A stretch of DNA of 64,000 nt from Candidatus Poribacteria bacterium (GCA_965205015.1 OZ242029.1:2432001-2496000), one strand, 5' to 3'; positions 26,763 through 37,576 are shown, counted from the first letter of the stretch. A program made the numbers and translations. The notes: generated by a model not told the origin, from the sequence alone.

Positions 26763-27899
26763 TTAAAGCATCGAGAGAACCGCTGGCATATCTCGTAGGG
26801 ATTGGTGCTGTTTAACGAGTGTTGTTCCGAATTGGAGTGCTGCCCGTTCTACGCGTAATTTTCTGGGTACATCAGCAATACCCTCTATGTCTTTAACGTG
26901 TGCTGCACCGATAAGGCGACGCAGCATTTCCAGTCCTGCAAACCCTACTGCTTCGTGGAAAATGTGTTGTAACGTCTGTTTTTGCAACGTGGCGTCAACT
27001 GTTCTAAATTCAAGCGTGTAGGTGTGCCACATTTTTGCAATCGCTGTTTTGAGTGCGGATTGTACGTCGACGGTGCCTTGATGTGAAAAATAGGATAAGA
27101 GATAGTTCGCCCAATACAATCCGAGGTCAAATCCTACAGGACCATAAAAGGCAAACTCGGCATCAATCACTTTCGCTGTGTTGTTTTGAACCAGAACGCT
27201 TCCTGTGTGCAGATCACCATGGGTTAGGGCTTGCTGTATTGTTAGAAAAATCCGTTTGAGATCCTTTGTCTGCTGCAGAAAGTCCGTATCTACTTTCAAT
27301 CGCTGGACATCAAGTTCTAAGCCTGGCGTCCAGAAATTCGTTTCATGTTCGGTGTACGGGAAAGTGAACACGTAATCGGCAGTTATCGACTGCATGGTAG
27401 TATTCGCAAATTGCTGTCTATACTGCTGCACAGTTGCGCTATCGAGGTTCTCAACATAGGTGCGGCTATGTACGATGCCCATAAATCGCCCAATCTGTTC
27501 AGCGACACCAGTATCCACGCTACCTGCGATTAGGTCGGCACGCAGGACCTGGGCATCTCGGAGGTCCTCCATCACTATGACAGCGGTTTCAGCATCGAAG
27601 TCGTATAATTCAGGGACGCTCCCGCTTGTGAACCGGTTGTAGATGTCCAGGGCACGGGATTCGTAAGCCAAACGTTCGATGGATAATGGATACTCGGGTC
27701 CTAATATCTTAATGTAAGGTGGCGCGTGTTTCAGGACGACCGAACGCTCCGGTTGCGCTGCGTCCGAGACACGATAGACTGTATTAAGATTACCATCGCC
27801 GATCTCTTCTATACGGAGGTCCGCCTCCGATGCAAACATGCCGATCTCAGCACGGCGTTGACGTAGGTAGTCCGGCAGCGTGGCAAGGTCAAGTTCCAT
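26763..27899 (-). CDS. mtnK: S-methyl-5-thioribose kinase
   Basis: [38 protein letters not shown]. Confidence 0.92.
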   Translation of the reverse strand: MELDLATLPDYLRQRRAEIGMFASEADLRIEEIGDGNLNTVYRVSDAAQPERSVVLKHAPPYIKILGPEYPLSIERLAYESRALDIYNRFTSGSVPELYDFDAETAVIVMEDLRDAQVLRADLIAGSVDTGVAEQIGRFMGIVHSRTYVENLDSATVQQYRQQFANTTMQSITADYVFTFPYTEHETNFWTPGLELDVQRLKVDTDFLQQTKDLKRIFLTIQQALTHGDLHTGSVLVQNNTAKVIDAEFAFYGPVGFDLGLYWANYLLSYFSHQGTVDVQSALKTAIAKMWHTYTLEFRTVDATLQKQTLQHIFHEAVGFAGLEMLRRLIGAAHVKDIEGIADVPRKLRVERAALQFGTTLVKQHQSLRDMPAVLSML

Positions 27900-27914
27900 A
27901 TCTTTCAGACAGCC

Positions 27915-28913
27915 TTACAGCAGATTTTCGGCGATTTGGATAGCGTTCAGCGCAGCGCCTTTGCGGAGGTTATCCGCGACTACCCAGAGATTCAAACCGT
28001 TTTTTATCGAAGCGTCATCGCGAACTCTACCGACATAGACTTCATCTTTCCCAGCAACATCAACGGCGAGTGGATACTGTTGGTTGTCAGGATCGTCCAC
28101 AACTTTTACACCGGGAGCTGTGGCGAGACACTCTCTCGCTTGGGCTGCTGTGAGTTTCTCGTGTGTTTCAAGGTTTATCGATTCAGAATGCGCGAAGAAG
28201 ACGGGGACTCGGACGGTTGTCGCGGAGACACCAATCGTGTCATCTGCGAGTATCTTCCAAGTCTCATTAATCATTTTCACTTCTTCTTCGTTGTCACCGC
28301 TCTCCAAGAAGGGCCAATCGAATGCGACGTTGAATGCCATCTGATGCGGGAATTTATCTAAGGTGATCGGTTTGCCTTCGAGTGCTTCGGTCGTTTGTTG
28401 AACCAGTTCCATAACAGCACGTCCACTTTTGCCGGAGACGCTTTGATAGGTGGAGACAACGATCCGTTTGATGCCGACAAGGTCGTAGATAGGTTTCAGT
28501 GCCACCATCATTTGGATGGTAGAGCAGTTTGGATTGGCGATAAGTCCATTGTGAGTACGGGCAGCATCCATATTAACTTCCGGGACAACGAGAGGGGTGC
28601 CTGGGTCCATGCGGAAGGCGCTCGTGTTGTCAATGACGAGCGCGCCTTTTTTTACGGCTGTAGGAATGAACTCGCGACTGACAGACGCGCCTGCTGATGA
28701 GAACACTACGTCTACATCTTCAAACGAGTTGTGTGTCAGTTCCTCAACAATGATGGGTTCATCTTTAAAGGATAGAATTTCACCGGCAGAACGGTGTGAT
28801 GCTAACAGTTTGAGGGAAGCAACTGGGAATGATCGCTCTTCGAGAATTTGCAACATAGTATTACCGACGGCACCCGTTGCACCGACAACCGCGACACGAT
28901 AACTCTCACGCAT
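27915..28913 (-). CDS. asd: Aspartate-semialdehyde dehydrogenase
   Basis: GATGAVG, PLVVPEVN, ANPNCSTIQ, DNLRKGAALNA. Confidence 0.97.
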   Translation of the reverse strand: MRESYRVAVVGATGAVGNTMLQILEERSFPVASLKLLASHRSAGEILSFKDEPIIVEELTHNSFEDVDVVFSSAGASVSREFIPTAVKKGALVIDNTSAFRMDPGTPLVVPEVNMDAARTHNGLIANPNCSTIQMMVALKPIYDLVGIKRIVVSTYQSVSGKSGRAVMELVQQTTEALEGKPITLDKFPHQMAFNVAFDWPFLESGDNEEEVKMINETWKILADDTIGVSATTVRVPVFFAHSESINLETHEKLTAAQARECLATAPGVKVVDDPDNQQYPLAVDVAGKDEVYVGRVRDDASIKNGLNLWVVADNLRKGAALNAIQIAENLL

Positions 28914-29056
28914 TTCTAATGTTTTCCTCTATTTATTCAAGCAGGATTTTTGTTAAGTTTAATGTATAATTCTACCACAAACATACCCTTTAAGCAAATA
29001 TTTCGGTAAAGAATGCCGTGTTACAACAGAATTCTTCGCCTGCAGGAGAAAAAAAC

Positions 29057-29085
29057 TTGACAAATTGCGCAGTCTGTGGTATTAA
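29057..29085 (+). promoter_or_regulatory. Possible distal sigma70 promoter of hup
   Basis: TTGACA-N17-TATTAA. Confidence 0.5.
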
Positions 29086-29218
29086 AATTAAGACATCTAT
29101 GTATTGTGTCAAGGTAACCGTGTTAGATTCTCTCTGTTTCTAATACGTTTATTTACGGTTAAACGTGGGCTTTTCCCTGGCATTCAGGTTAATTTTTTGG
29201 CGTTAACTCATTTTTATC

Positions 29219-29247
29219 TTGACATATCTATATTTGTATAGTATAAT
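29219..29247 (+). promoter_or_regulatory. Consensus sigma70 promoter of hup
   Basis: Perfect TTGACA-N17-TATAAT. Confidence 0.85.
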
Positions 29248-29369
29248 ATAATTACTATTAGTTTTTGTTAAATCCATTTTAAGTCCGAGGTGTGAGAATC
29301 TCGTTTTCCGAACAGTTCGGGAAGCAGAGCATTTTCTGAATCGGGCTAAAAATTAGAGGAACATTTGAC

Positions 29370-29651
29370 ATGGCAAAATTAATGAAGAGCGATGTGGTCA
29401 ACAGTATCGTTGAACAAACAGGCCTTAGCAAAAAAGATGCGAACGCCGCTGTTGATGCTTTTGCTGCGACTATTAGCGAAGCTTTGAGTAATGGCGACTC
29501 TGTTGGATTAATCGGTTTCGGAACATTTGAAGCCAAAAATCGTCCGGCTCGTACGGGTCGCAACCCGCAGACTGGCGCACCACTTGAGATTCCAGCAAAG
29601 ACAGTCCCTGTCTTTAAAGCTGGTAAGAAACTTCGCGACGCTACTGCCTAA
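29370..29651 (+). CDS. hup: DNA-binding protein HU
   Basis: GFGTFE..RPARTGRNPQTG...IPA..VPVFKAGK. Confidence 0.97.
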   Translation: MAKLMKSDVVNSIVEQTGLSKKDANAAVDAFAATISEALSNGDSVGLIGFGTFEAKNRPARTGRNPQTGAPLEIPAKTVPVFKAGKKLRDATA

Positions 29652-29949
29652 AACTGGCAGTGCTCTCGCTCAGTTTCTGGAAAAGCCGCCGGGTTGTGCC
29701 TCGTTTTTAATGGAGGGATGCCTGCGGCTTTTCCACGTTAAGCCTGTTGACGAAAATCTCTGCGGGATTTTTCAGAACGGGAACCATTTTCAGAACGTAT
29801 TCTAATACTATGCGTATCGCCTGCAGTTATCGACACAACTTTTTCTCTGGTCCATTTGTAGGTACGTTTTCCATGCTTTTGTCCGCATCATTTATAGGAA
29901 CCCCGCTTTTCGGGCGCGTTGGTTAGAATTTGATGTCAGGAGACTCATC

Positions 29950-31008
29950 ATGTTGATCCGAACGAGAGCCCCGGTCCGCATCGACTTTGCTGGTGGATGG
30001 AGCGACGTAGCCCTCTTTACTGAACATTCAAAAGGGCTTGTCGTCAACGGGGCAATTAACCGATACGCTTATGCGACGCTCCGCTGTGAACGCCAAGTGA
30101 CACACGACGATTCTGTTGAGCTCCAGCGCGTCTTGGATAAAAGCATTCGTATCTATTCTGCGGATTTCGACACATTCATTGAAGCGGACGATGTCCGTCA
30201 GCTTGAATACGATGGGAACATTGATTTAGTCAAGGCAGCTGTGCGACGCATGTCGATACAGATTGGCGGTTTCGACCTGATTACGCAGTCCACTGCCCCC
30301 CCCGGAAGTGGATTGGGCACCTCCGCAGCAATGGGAGTCGCACTCGTCGGTGTGCTTGGCGCACTTAAGGAAGTCACCTATCTCCCTTATGAGTATGCGG
30401 ATCTCGCCAGCAATATTGAACGTCATGAACTCGGTATCCTCGGTGGAAAGCAGGATCATTACGCCAGTGCAATCGGCGGAATTCATTTTATGGAGTTTCA
30501 GGGGGAGGAGGTGAAGACCTCACCATTGAAAGTTCCACCCCATATCCGTTGTGAACTTGAAAAGAACCTTGTCCTCTGTTATACCGGAAAGTCTCGCCTC
30601 TCTGGTAATATCCATCAAAATGTGACCGATGCTTATAAAAGCGGGGAACCGAGTGTCCGCGACGCCTTGGAAGTCCTCAAATCCACGGCTGAGGCAACAA
30701 AAACGGCACTCATGCGCGGTCGCCTCACCGAATTCGGCGAGCTTCTCACCCAAAATTGGCAGCATCAGAAGAAGTTACATCCCTCTGTCACGAACGAACA
30801 GATAGAATCCCTCTTTAAAATCGCAATGAGGCATGGTGCGATCGGTGGGAAAGCGTGTGGTGCTGGTGGTGGTGGATGTCTACTATTTTACTGCGAACCT
30901 ACACGTGAACACCGCGTCCGTCAAAAACTTCAAGAAGCAGGCGCAGGGGTCATTGATGTGAACTTTGATTTTGACGGGCTCCAAATGTGGAACGCCTCAA
31001 GTGATTGA
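29950..31008 (+). CDS. GHMP kinase (D-glycero-manno-heptose-7-P kinase HddA-like)
   Basis: RAPVRIDFAGG.SD, PPGSGLGTS, GGKQD.YA, GAGGGG. Confidence 0.85.
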   Translation: MLIRTRAPVRIDFAGGWSDVALFTEHSKGLVVNGAINRYAYATLRCERQVTHDDSVELQRVLDKSIRIYSADFDTFIEADDVRQLEYDGNIDLVKAAVRRMSIQIGGFDLITQSTAPPGSGLGTSAAMGVALVGVLGALKEVTYLPYEYADLASNIERHELGILGGKQDHYASAIGGIHFMEFQGEEVKTSPLKVPPHIRCELEKNLVLCYTGKSRLSGNIHQNVTDAYKSGEPSVRDALEVLKSTAEATKTALMRGRLTEFGELLTQNWQHQKKLHPSVTNEQIESLFKIAMRHGAIGGKACGAGGGGCLLFYCEPTREHRVRQKLQEAGAGVIDVNFDFDGLQMWNASSD

Positions 31009-31013
31009 AAGGA

Positions 31014-31102
31014 ACGGCTTTCGGCTTTCGACCATCAGCAAAAGGGTTTTCTGGTGAAGTTGCGGACCCTTGCTGACCGCTGATAGCTGACGGCTGATGG
31101 CT
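31014..31102. repeat. Heptamer (CTGAYNG) short tandem repeats in an inverted arrangement
   Basis: CTGACCG CTGATAG CTGACGG CTGATGG at 31073-31100, with degenerate complementary heptamers upstream. Confidence 0.65.
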
Positions 31103-31109
31103 ATTTCTT

Positions 31110-32129
31110 ATGAAAAATGACATTTCAGCGACGCAGACCGGAACAGATATAGAAGCCGCCGAAGCCTTGAAGACGGCGAAGGAAAATATTTTAAACCAAC
31201 TCAAAAAGCGAATCATTGGACAAGACGCAGTCATTGAACAGCTGCTTATCGCACTTTTTTCGCAGGGACACTGTTTACTTGTGGGCGTGCCGGGGTTAGC
31301 GAAGACCTTGCTCATCAGCACATTCGCGCGGATCCTGGAACTCCCTTTCAATCGGATTCAATTCACACCGGACCTGATGCCCTCGGATATTATCGGTACC
31401 GATATTATTGAGGAGGGTGAGTCGGGGAAACGCGCGTTTCGCTTTATTAATGGACCCGTCTTTGCTAACGTCGTGCTTGCTGATGAAATTAACCGAACAC
31501 CGCCTAAAACGCAAGCCGCACTTTTACAAGCCATGCAGGAGTATCAGGTCACTGCGGGCGGCAGAACCTATCCATTGGAACTCCCGTTTTTTGTTTTAGC
31601 GACGCAGAATCCGATCGAGCAGGAAGGCACCTATCCGCTACCCGAGGCGCAACTCGATAGATTCATGTTCCATATCACGCTGGATTATCCCGATAAAACT
31701 GCCGAAAAAGAGATTGTAATGACGACAACTGCGGCTTATGAACCGGAGATAGAACCTGTTATTACGGGAGAAGAGGTGTTGCGAATACAACGGGTCGTCC
31801 GGAAGGTGCCGATTGCCGAAGCGATTGTGGATTATGCCGTGGAATTGAATCGGCAGACGCGCCCTGCTTCAGATGCCCTTGATTTCATTCAGGATTGGGT
31901 GCAGTGGGGAGCAGGACCGCGTGCATCGCAGTATCTCGTGCTGGGGGCAAAGGCGCGCGCCATTCTCCACGGGCGTTATCATGTCGCTTATGAGGATATC
32001 AAGGCAGTCGCTGTCCCTGTGCTCCGCCACCGAATTTTGACGAATTTCAACGCTGAGGCTGATGGGATCACAAGCTTGGATATCATCAATAGATTGCTGG
32101 AAAATGTTGAACCACCGGCGGTTCAATAA
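31110..32129 (+). CDS. MoxR family AAA+ ATPase
   Basis: GVPGLAKT, RIQFTPDLMPSD, DEINR, ATQNPIEQEGTYPLPEAQLDRF. Confidence 0.95.
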   Translation: MKNDISATQTGTDIEAAEALKTAKENILNQLKKRIIGQDAVIEQLLIALFSQGHCLLVGVPGLAKTLLISTFARILELPFNRIQFTPDLMPSDIIGTDIIEEGESGKRAFRFINGPVFANVVLADEINRTPPKTQAALLQAMQEYQVTAGGRTYPLELPFFVLATQNPIEQEGTYPLPEAQLDRFMFHITLDYPDKTAEKEIVMTTTAAYEPEIEPVITGEEVLRIQRVVRKVPIAEAIVDYAVELNRQTRPASDALDFIQDWVQWGAGPRASQYLVLGAKARAILHGRYHVAYEDIKAVAVPVLRHRILTNFNAEADGITSLDIINRLLENVEPPAVQ

Positions 32130-32225
32130 CCGGTTGAAATCAACCAAAAACCATCGTGAAATATTGTCCTGCAAGCCTATAGAGGCTTAGACAGGGAACG
32201 ATACCCATATCTGATAGTAAAAAAA

Positions 32226-33623
32226 ATGAAAATTGCGATTATAGGAACGGGATACGTCGGCTTGACCACGGCTGTGGTGCTCGCCTATCTCAATCATGAT
32301 GTCGCCGCGGTCGACAAAGACGAAAGCAAACTCAACCTTTTGCACGCGGGAAAAAGCCCGATCCATGAACCCGGCATCCAAAGTCTTCTTGAAGAGGTGC
32401 AGCACACGATCCGTTTCACGCCGAGTGCGGCTGACGTCGTGCCAGAGGCAGAGTTGATTCTAATCGCTGTAGGGACACCCCCAAAGAAGAACGGTGAAGC
32501 CGATACGCAACATGTGGAACAGGCTGCCAAGGAGATTGCCCACGTCTGTCTGCCCGATAGGCACTATACACTTGTTGTGAAATCGACGGTCCCGATAGGC
32601 ACGAACCAGCGTGTCGCTGAAGTTGTGGAGGCGGTATTCTCAGAACGCGGGATTCGAGGAAACGTCTCTGTCGCTTCAAACCCAGAGTTTTTGCAAGAGG
32701 GATTGGCATTGCAAGGCGCGTTCTATCCGGATCGGATCGTTGTCGGTGCGAACAGTGATGAAGCAATTGATACCCTGCGTCGTCTTTATAAACCGATTCT
32801 CGAACAGACGTTTGATCCACCCAGCGAGTTCCCGCGTCCATCTGCTTACCACTTGCCGCCCATGATGACAACGGATCCGAACAGTGCTGAGATGATTAAA
32901 TACGCTGCGAACACTTTCCTCGCGCTAAAGATTAGTTTTATCAATGAAATTGCGGGGCTTTGTGAGGAGGTCGCGGCAGACGTAACAGAAGTCGCACGTG
33001 GTATCGGACTTGACGCACGTATCGGGAATCAGTTTCTCCGAGCAGGTCTCGGGTGGGGCGGTAGTTGTTATCCCAAAGATACTGCTGCTTTGTTAGGGGT
33101 TGCCGCGCAAACCGGATATAAGATGCCGATTACGGAAGCCGCACGCACCGTCAACTTCCACCAGCGGGAACGTGTCGTTGAAAAGTTGCGTAGCACATTA
33201 GGCACACTTGATGGTAAGACCATTGGTATCCTCGGACTCGCCTTCAAACCAAACACCGATGACATTCGAGAAGCCCCCGCACTTGACATTGTCCGCGAAC
33301 TGATTGCAGCAGGTGCGACGGTTCGTGCCCATGATCCGATTGCGATCGCAAACGCAAGGCGCGCTTTATCGGGGTTACAAACCTCTTCCACAGAGAATCA
33401 GACTCGCAACAACAGATTGTCTTTCACGGAAGATGTATATGAACTTTCCTACGATGCCGATGCCCTCGTCCTCATTACCGAATGGGATTTCTACCACAAG
33501 TTGGAACTGCGTCGACTTGCTAAGCAGATGAAAACGCCAATCCTCATTGATGGACGCAACGTTTACGTCCCGGAAGAAGCCAGAGCGGCAGGTTTCCAAT
33601 ACATCGGGATCGGTAGAATATAG
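32226..33623 (+). CDS. ugd: UDP-glucose/GDP-mannose 6-dehydrogenase
   Basis: GTGYVG, KSTVP, SNPEFL, GGSCYPKD, GLAFKPNTDD. Confidence 0.93.
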   Translation: MKIAIIGTGYVGLTTAVVLAYLNHDVAAVDKDESKLNLLHAGKSPIHEPGIQSLLEEVQHTIRFTPSAADVVPEAELILIAVGTPPKKNGEADTQHVEQAAKEIAHVCLPDRHYTLVVKSTVPIGTNQRVAEVVEAVFSERGIRGNVSVASNPEFLQEGLALQGAFYPDRIVVGANSDEAIDTLRRLYKPILEQTFDPPSEFPRPSAYHLPPMMTTDPNSAEMIKYAANTFLALKISFINEIAGLCEEVAADVTEVARGIGLDARIGNQFLRAGLGWGGSCYPKDTAALLGVAAQTGYKMPITEAARTVNFHQRERVVEKLRSTLGTLDGKTIGILGLAFKPNTDDIREAPALDIVRELIAAGATVRAHDPIAIANARRALSGLQTSSTENQTRNNRLSFTEDVYELSYDADALVLITEWDFYHKLELRRLAKQMKTPILIDGRNVYVPEEARAAGFQYIGIGRI

Positions 33624-33639
33624 CGGTCCCGATAACACT

Positions 33640-34209
33640 ATGGACACTCTTAAGCAACCTGAACCCTTTGACGCAAATTGGGAGCGATATTGTCCGCAAA
33701 AGCCGTTCCCGCCGTATCGACATATACCGGGCGTTACACCGCATCCGATTCGCGACCCGCTTGGACATAGTTACGGGATAGACGAAGATCATGACGTTGA
33801 ACCCTTGTCGCCAAAGATGTGGAGACAAAATGAGGATTACCTATACGGCGTCGATCTTTACAATTTTGCTTATTGGTGGGAGGCACATGAGGCGTGGGAA
33901 GGACTGTGGCACGAAGCAGAAGACACCTATCGTCTGTTCCTTCAAGGACTGATTCAGGTGTCAGCGGCCTTCATCAAGTATCATACACGGATGCTGCGTC
34001 CGCTACGCACGCTTTCCACTGCAGGACGCGATAAATTGCGACAAGTTGTGGTTGAATGTGACGACATATCGGGAAATTATATGGGACTCAACCTGCCAGC
34101 GTTTTTGGACACCGCCGACGCGTTTTTTGCTCCGTTCTTTGAGGATACCGTTACAGAAGCGACCTTTCGTCAGTACTCGGTGAAACCGCTAATATTGCTG
34201 CAAGATTAA
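33640..34209 (+). CDS. DUF309 domain protein
   Basis: GVDLYN..YWWEAHEAWEGLW...LQGLIQV; start at ATG 33640. Confidence 0.85.
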   Translation: MDTLKQPEPFDANWERYCPQKPFPPYRHIPGVTPHPIRDPLGHSYGIDEDHDVEPLSPKMWRQNEDYLYGVDLYNFAYWWEAHEAWEGLWHEAEDTYRLFLQGLIQVSAAFIKYHTRMLRPLRTLSTAGRDKLRQVVVECDDISGNYMGLNLPAFLDTADAFFAPFFEDTVTEATFRQYSVKPLILLQD

Positions 34210-34231
34210 CGCATATTTTGAGGAAAGCAAC

Positions 34232-34528
34232 ATGCCAACACTCTTGCCTTTTCTCATCTTCAGTTTTGTATGTGTTTTTATCGTCGCATTGCTGCTTGTC
34301 CTCTTTAAAATAGGTGCCTATTTTGGCAAAAGCGATGCGGATGAATTTCGTGCTGTTCGGTGCCCACAATGCCAAACTCGGCGGAAACCTGAAAGGACCG
34401 GGACCGTCAGAAACCTCGTTGAACTTGAGATGCGCTGCCCGCGTTGCGGATATATTTCATGGGATATCCCTCCAAAAACGAATCTTTCGACGCGTCCCAC
34501 GGATCAGGATCGAGATACGATGTTATGA
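34232..34528 (+). CDS. Small membrane-anchored zinc-ribbon protein
   Basis: N-terminal TM segment, then CPQC...CPRCG; GAGG RBS. Confidence 0.65.
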   Translation: MPTLLPFLIFSFVCVFIVALLLVLFKIGAYFGKSDADEFRAVRCPQCQTRRKPERTGTVRNLVELEMRCPRCGYISWDIPPKTNLSTRPTDQDRDTML

Positions 34529-34545
34529 GAGGCGAGCCTGCTGTG

Positions 34546-35670
34546 TTAATAATCAGCGAAAGCTCCGTCGTCTGAGTGCCAGAACATTCCACGCAACCGA
34601 AACGTCTCATCTCGAATTGCTTCAATAGCGGCATCGTCCATATCCACACCAAGCCCGGGAGTTGTTGGAAGTTCAATGAACCCGTCTTTGAACACCAAAG
34701 GTGTCGAAAATAGCCCTTCTCCACGCCGGTGTCCGCCCTCACATATCAACAAATTCGGAACCGTCGCCATTACATGTACCGATGCTGCGACGCCGATAGG
34801 ACCAGCGGCGTTGTGCGGAGCGATTGCCATATTGTGAATCTCCGCCATCGCTGAAATCTTTTTCAGTTCCAGTATCCCACCGCAGTGGCGGATATCCGGT
34901 TGCAAAATCGCGCACATCTCGCGTTCAATTATCTCTCGGAAACCCCATCGTGTTAAATGTCGCTCACCAGTCGCTATCGGCACCGTCGTTGATTGAGACA
35001 GCGTCAGCAGAGGTTCGTTGTTTTCTGGATGGCACGGTTCTTCAACGAACAGTAATCGGAAGGGTTCTAATTCTTTCACTAAAATCATCGCCATCGTTGG
35101 ACTTAACCGTCGATGTAAGTCAACAGCGATGTCAACCTCGTCACCCACTGCTGTTCGTACTGCCGCTACCCGCGCCACCATCGTATCAATTGCCTTTGGT
35201 GTATCCACGAACCGAACAGGTTGAGATGAAGCCCCCATCTTCACTGCACGAAATCCCGCTACACCCGCTTTTTTCGCACTCTCTGCACACTCTTCAGGTG
35301 TTGTGCCGCCTATACCCGTATAAACACGGATTCGATTCCGTACTGAACCTCCCAACAGTTTCCATACCGGCATCCCAACGACTTTGCCGAATACATCCCA
35401 CATTGCCATCTCAATGCCGCTCAAAGCACCGATTAGTACCGGCATGCTCCGGCTATAACTCGAGCGGTACATCGCCTGCCAATGATCCTCAATCTGTAGT
35501 GGATCTTTGTCAATAAGGTATTCCGCCATGTCGTCCACGGCTTGGGCGACAACGCGCCAATGCTCATAGTTCATGGGTTCACCGTAACCGATTATCCCCT
35601 TGTCGGTGAACATTTTCAGTACCATTGCACGACCTTGGATCGGTATCGTCTCAAATCCAGTAATCTTCAT
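34546..35670 (-). CDS. Galactonate dehydratase-like (mandelate racemase family)
   Basis: MKIT start, GYGEP, IEMAMWD..GK, VDLH, EEP, TGER, APHN, PGLG. Confidence 0.88.
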   Translation of the reverse strand: MKITGFETIPIQGRAMVLKMFTDKGIIGYGEPMNYEHWRVVAQAVDDMAEYLIDKDPLQIEDHWQAMYRSSYSRSMPVLIGALSGIEMAMWDVFGKVVGMPVWKLLGGSVRNRIRVYTGIGGTTPEECAESAKKAGVAGFRAVKMGASSQPVRFVDTPKAIDTMVARVAAVRTAVGDEVDIAVDLHRRLSPTMAMILVKELEPFRLLFVEEPCHPENNEPLLTLSQSTTVPIATGERHLTRWGFREIIEREMCAILQPDIRHCGGILELKKISAMAEIHNMAIAPHNAAGPIGVAASVHVMATVPNLLICEGGHRRGEGLFSTPLVFKDGFIELPTTPGLGVDMDDAAIEAIRDETFRLRGMFWHSDDGAFADY

Positions 35671-35680
35671 AATATTGGTC

Positions 35681-36745
35681 CTAAACCGGTTGCCACCGGA
35701 TAATACAGAAGTGCGAGTTCCCTGTCGCGTTCTCCCATTTACTGACATCGCCGTAGCAGGAACCGATGAAGGTGAGTATGTCTTCTCCGTCCAAACTGAT
35801 GTGTCGTGGGAAACCGGCGACATGTCCGTGACAGAGGTAATAGACTTCATCGGACCAATTTTCGCCATTGTCGTTGCTTACCATTGCTCTGCCACTGCCG
35901 AGTTCACGGGGATAACGGTGGTCGTATGCCACAACAGCGCGATTGTTAGAAAGCCCAACTGCGGCACCGTGGCATTGCCCATGCACACTGGTCAGTTGGC
36001 GGAGGTTTGACCATGTGGCACCACTGTCCACCGAGTCAGCGAGAAAAACTGTCTTGTTCGTATGGGGTTGATCTGGCGGTCCCGGTTGGTACCGAATAAC
36101 TGCGAGCAGTCTTCTGGGAAAAAGTTCTGCAATGTTGACTTCGTTACCGTAGTCCGATAAGAAGAAGCGGTTCGAGAAGGTATGTCCGTCATTGTCCGAA
36201 ACGAAGACGTACGTTGGGTTCGTCCCTTCGTAGAATGGATCATCCCGTCTTTTAATGGGGAGGAGAAGCATGCCATCATGCAATCGGGTCAAACTTGAAC
36301 CGGCGACGGTTTTCTGAAATGGCGTGACATCTATTTCGCTCGTTTGTTCCCACGTTAGACCTTCATCATCAGACAGCCAAACAGTGATTGGTGATTTTTC
36401 GCCTTGTTGACTCACGTTGATGAGTTGCCCATGACGATTGGCTTGCAACAACCACCCGTTGAAACCGAATGCAGACGGATCTCTGTTGAGATGTTCCCAA
36501 GTTCTGCCGCCATCCGTGGACTTGGAGATGATGGTCTGTTGCACTGCATAGATGGTGTTATCAGGAGCCTTAACGAGGTTCAAGCCTTGGTAGTGCGCTT
36601 GCGGGTCCAAGGGCATGCGGGTTTTCTCCACCGCTACCTTGCTCAGCCCGCCATCGCGGGCGTGTAGAATGTAGTCACTCGCTTGCATCTCGCTTAATTC
36701 GCTTGGGGTGACGACGACGCCTCCCATGTTTTCGGTTGATAGCAT
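35681..36745 (-). CDS. BNR/Asp-box sialidase-family protein
   Basis: STDGGRTW, SDDEGLTW, SDNDGHTF, SVDSGATW, SNDNGENW. Confidence 0.8.
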   Translation of the reverse strand: MLSTENMGGVVVTPSELSEMQASDYILHARDGGLSKVAVEKTRMPLDPQAHYQGLNLVKAPDNTIYAVQQTIISKSTDGGRTWEHLNRDPSAFGFNGWLLQANRHGQLINVSQQGEKSPITVWLSDDEGLTWEQTSEIDVTPFQKTVAGSSLTRLHDGMLLLPIKRRDDPFYEGTNPTYVFVSDNDGHTFSNRFFLSDYGNEVNIAELFPRRLLAVIRYQPGPPDQPHTNKTVFLADSVDSGATWSNLRQLTSVHGQCHGAAVGLSNNRAVVAYDHRYPRELGSGRAMVSNDNGENWSDEVYYLCHGHVAGFPRHISLDGEDILTFIGSCYGDVSKWENATGNSHFCIIRWQPV

Positions 36746-36881
36746 CTGCAGAACTCCCTCTACGGTAGATTTTCTCTTGTCTAACGTAATGAACTATGGC
36801 AAAATGTTTGGTATACCCTATCCAACCAATTTACACTATTGCGTCCTACAACGCAAGCCATATTTGAAGAAAGAGAAATAT

Positions 36882-37562
36882 ATGAACACATTTGATGCGA
36901 TTCGGAAACATTACAATGCGGCGGGTGTCCATCCGACAACCGATCCTGATAACCCAAGATCCCAATTTGCCGTTGAGAGATATGAAGACTATTTGCCTAA
37001 ACTCATAAAACCCGGCATGCGCGCCTTAGACTTGGGCTGCAATGCAGGACGATATACCTTTGCTATGGAAGACATGGGCGCGATAGCAACAGGTATCGAC
37101 TTCGCAGAGATTCCGCTCCGTCACGCAAAAGAGGTCGCACGAAAAAGAAGGAGCAGGTGTCAATTCAATATCGGGAATATAGCTGCGCTACCTTACAAAC
37201 AGAATTCTTTCGATCTTGCGTTGCTTCCACAAAATAATGTTTACTTATCATATCAGACGCTGGAGAGATTAACACTTCAACTTAAAGAGATTCTATCGGA
37301 CAATGGTATCTTTGTTGTCATTATGCACGATGAGTTGGTCAAAAGGGCGGGTGAGGAAAGTCTTCCAGAACGATATGATATCCAGACGGGTTTGGTAGGA
37401 GGAATCAGGGCAATTCCTGACAAAGGTGTATACGCGAATCCAACGTACTTTTGGACAATTGCCTTTGCCAGGTACATCATCGAGAAACATCTTCCTTTAG
37501 AACAGATAGAACAGATAGAAGAAAACAGGTTTATGTTGGTGTTTCGTAATAAAAAGAGATGA
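36882..37562 (+). CDS. Class I SAM-dependent methyltransferase
   Basis: LDLGCNAG, GIDF, LPY...SFDL; start at ATG 36882 is inferred. Confidence 0.85.
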   Translation: MNTFDAIRKHYNAAGVHPTTDPDNPRSQFAVERYEDYLPKLIKPGMRALDLGCNAGRYTFAMEDMGAIATGIDFAEIPLRHAKEVARKRRSRCQFNIGNIAALPYKQNSFDLALLPQNNVYLSYQTLERLTLQLKEILSDNGIFVVIMHDELVKRAGEESLPERYDIQTGLVGGIRAIPDKGVYANPTYFWTIAFARYIIEKHLPLEQIEQIEENRFMLVFRNKKR

Positions 37563-37576
37563 GGGTTGGATAGGAC

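Noticed and set aside
35671-35868. N-terminal extensions in the ORF track (also 4214, 12615, 21250, 33547, 36708, 43630, 43991, 46380, 55456, 63839)
   Set aside because: They overlap neighbours or repeats; downstream ATGs match family N-termini and often have an RBS
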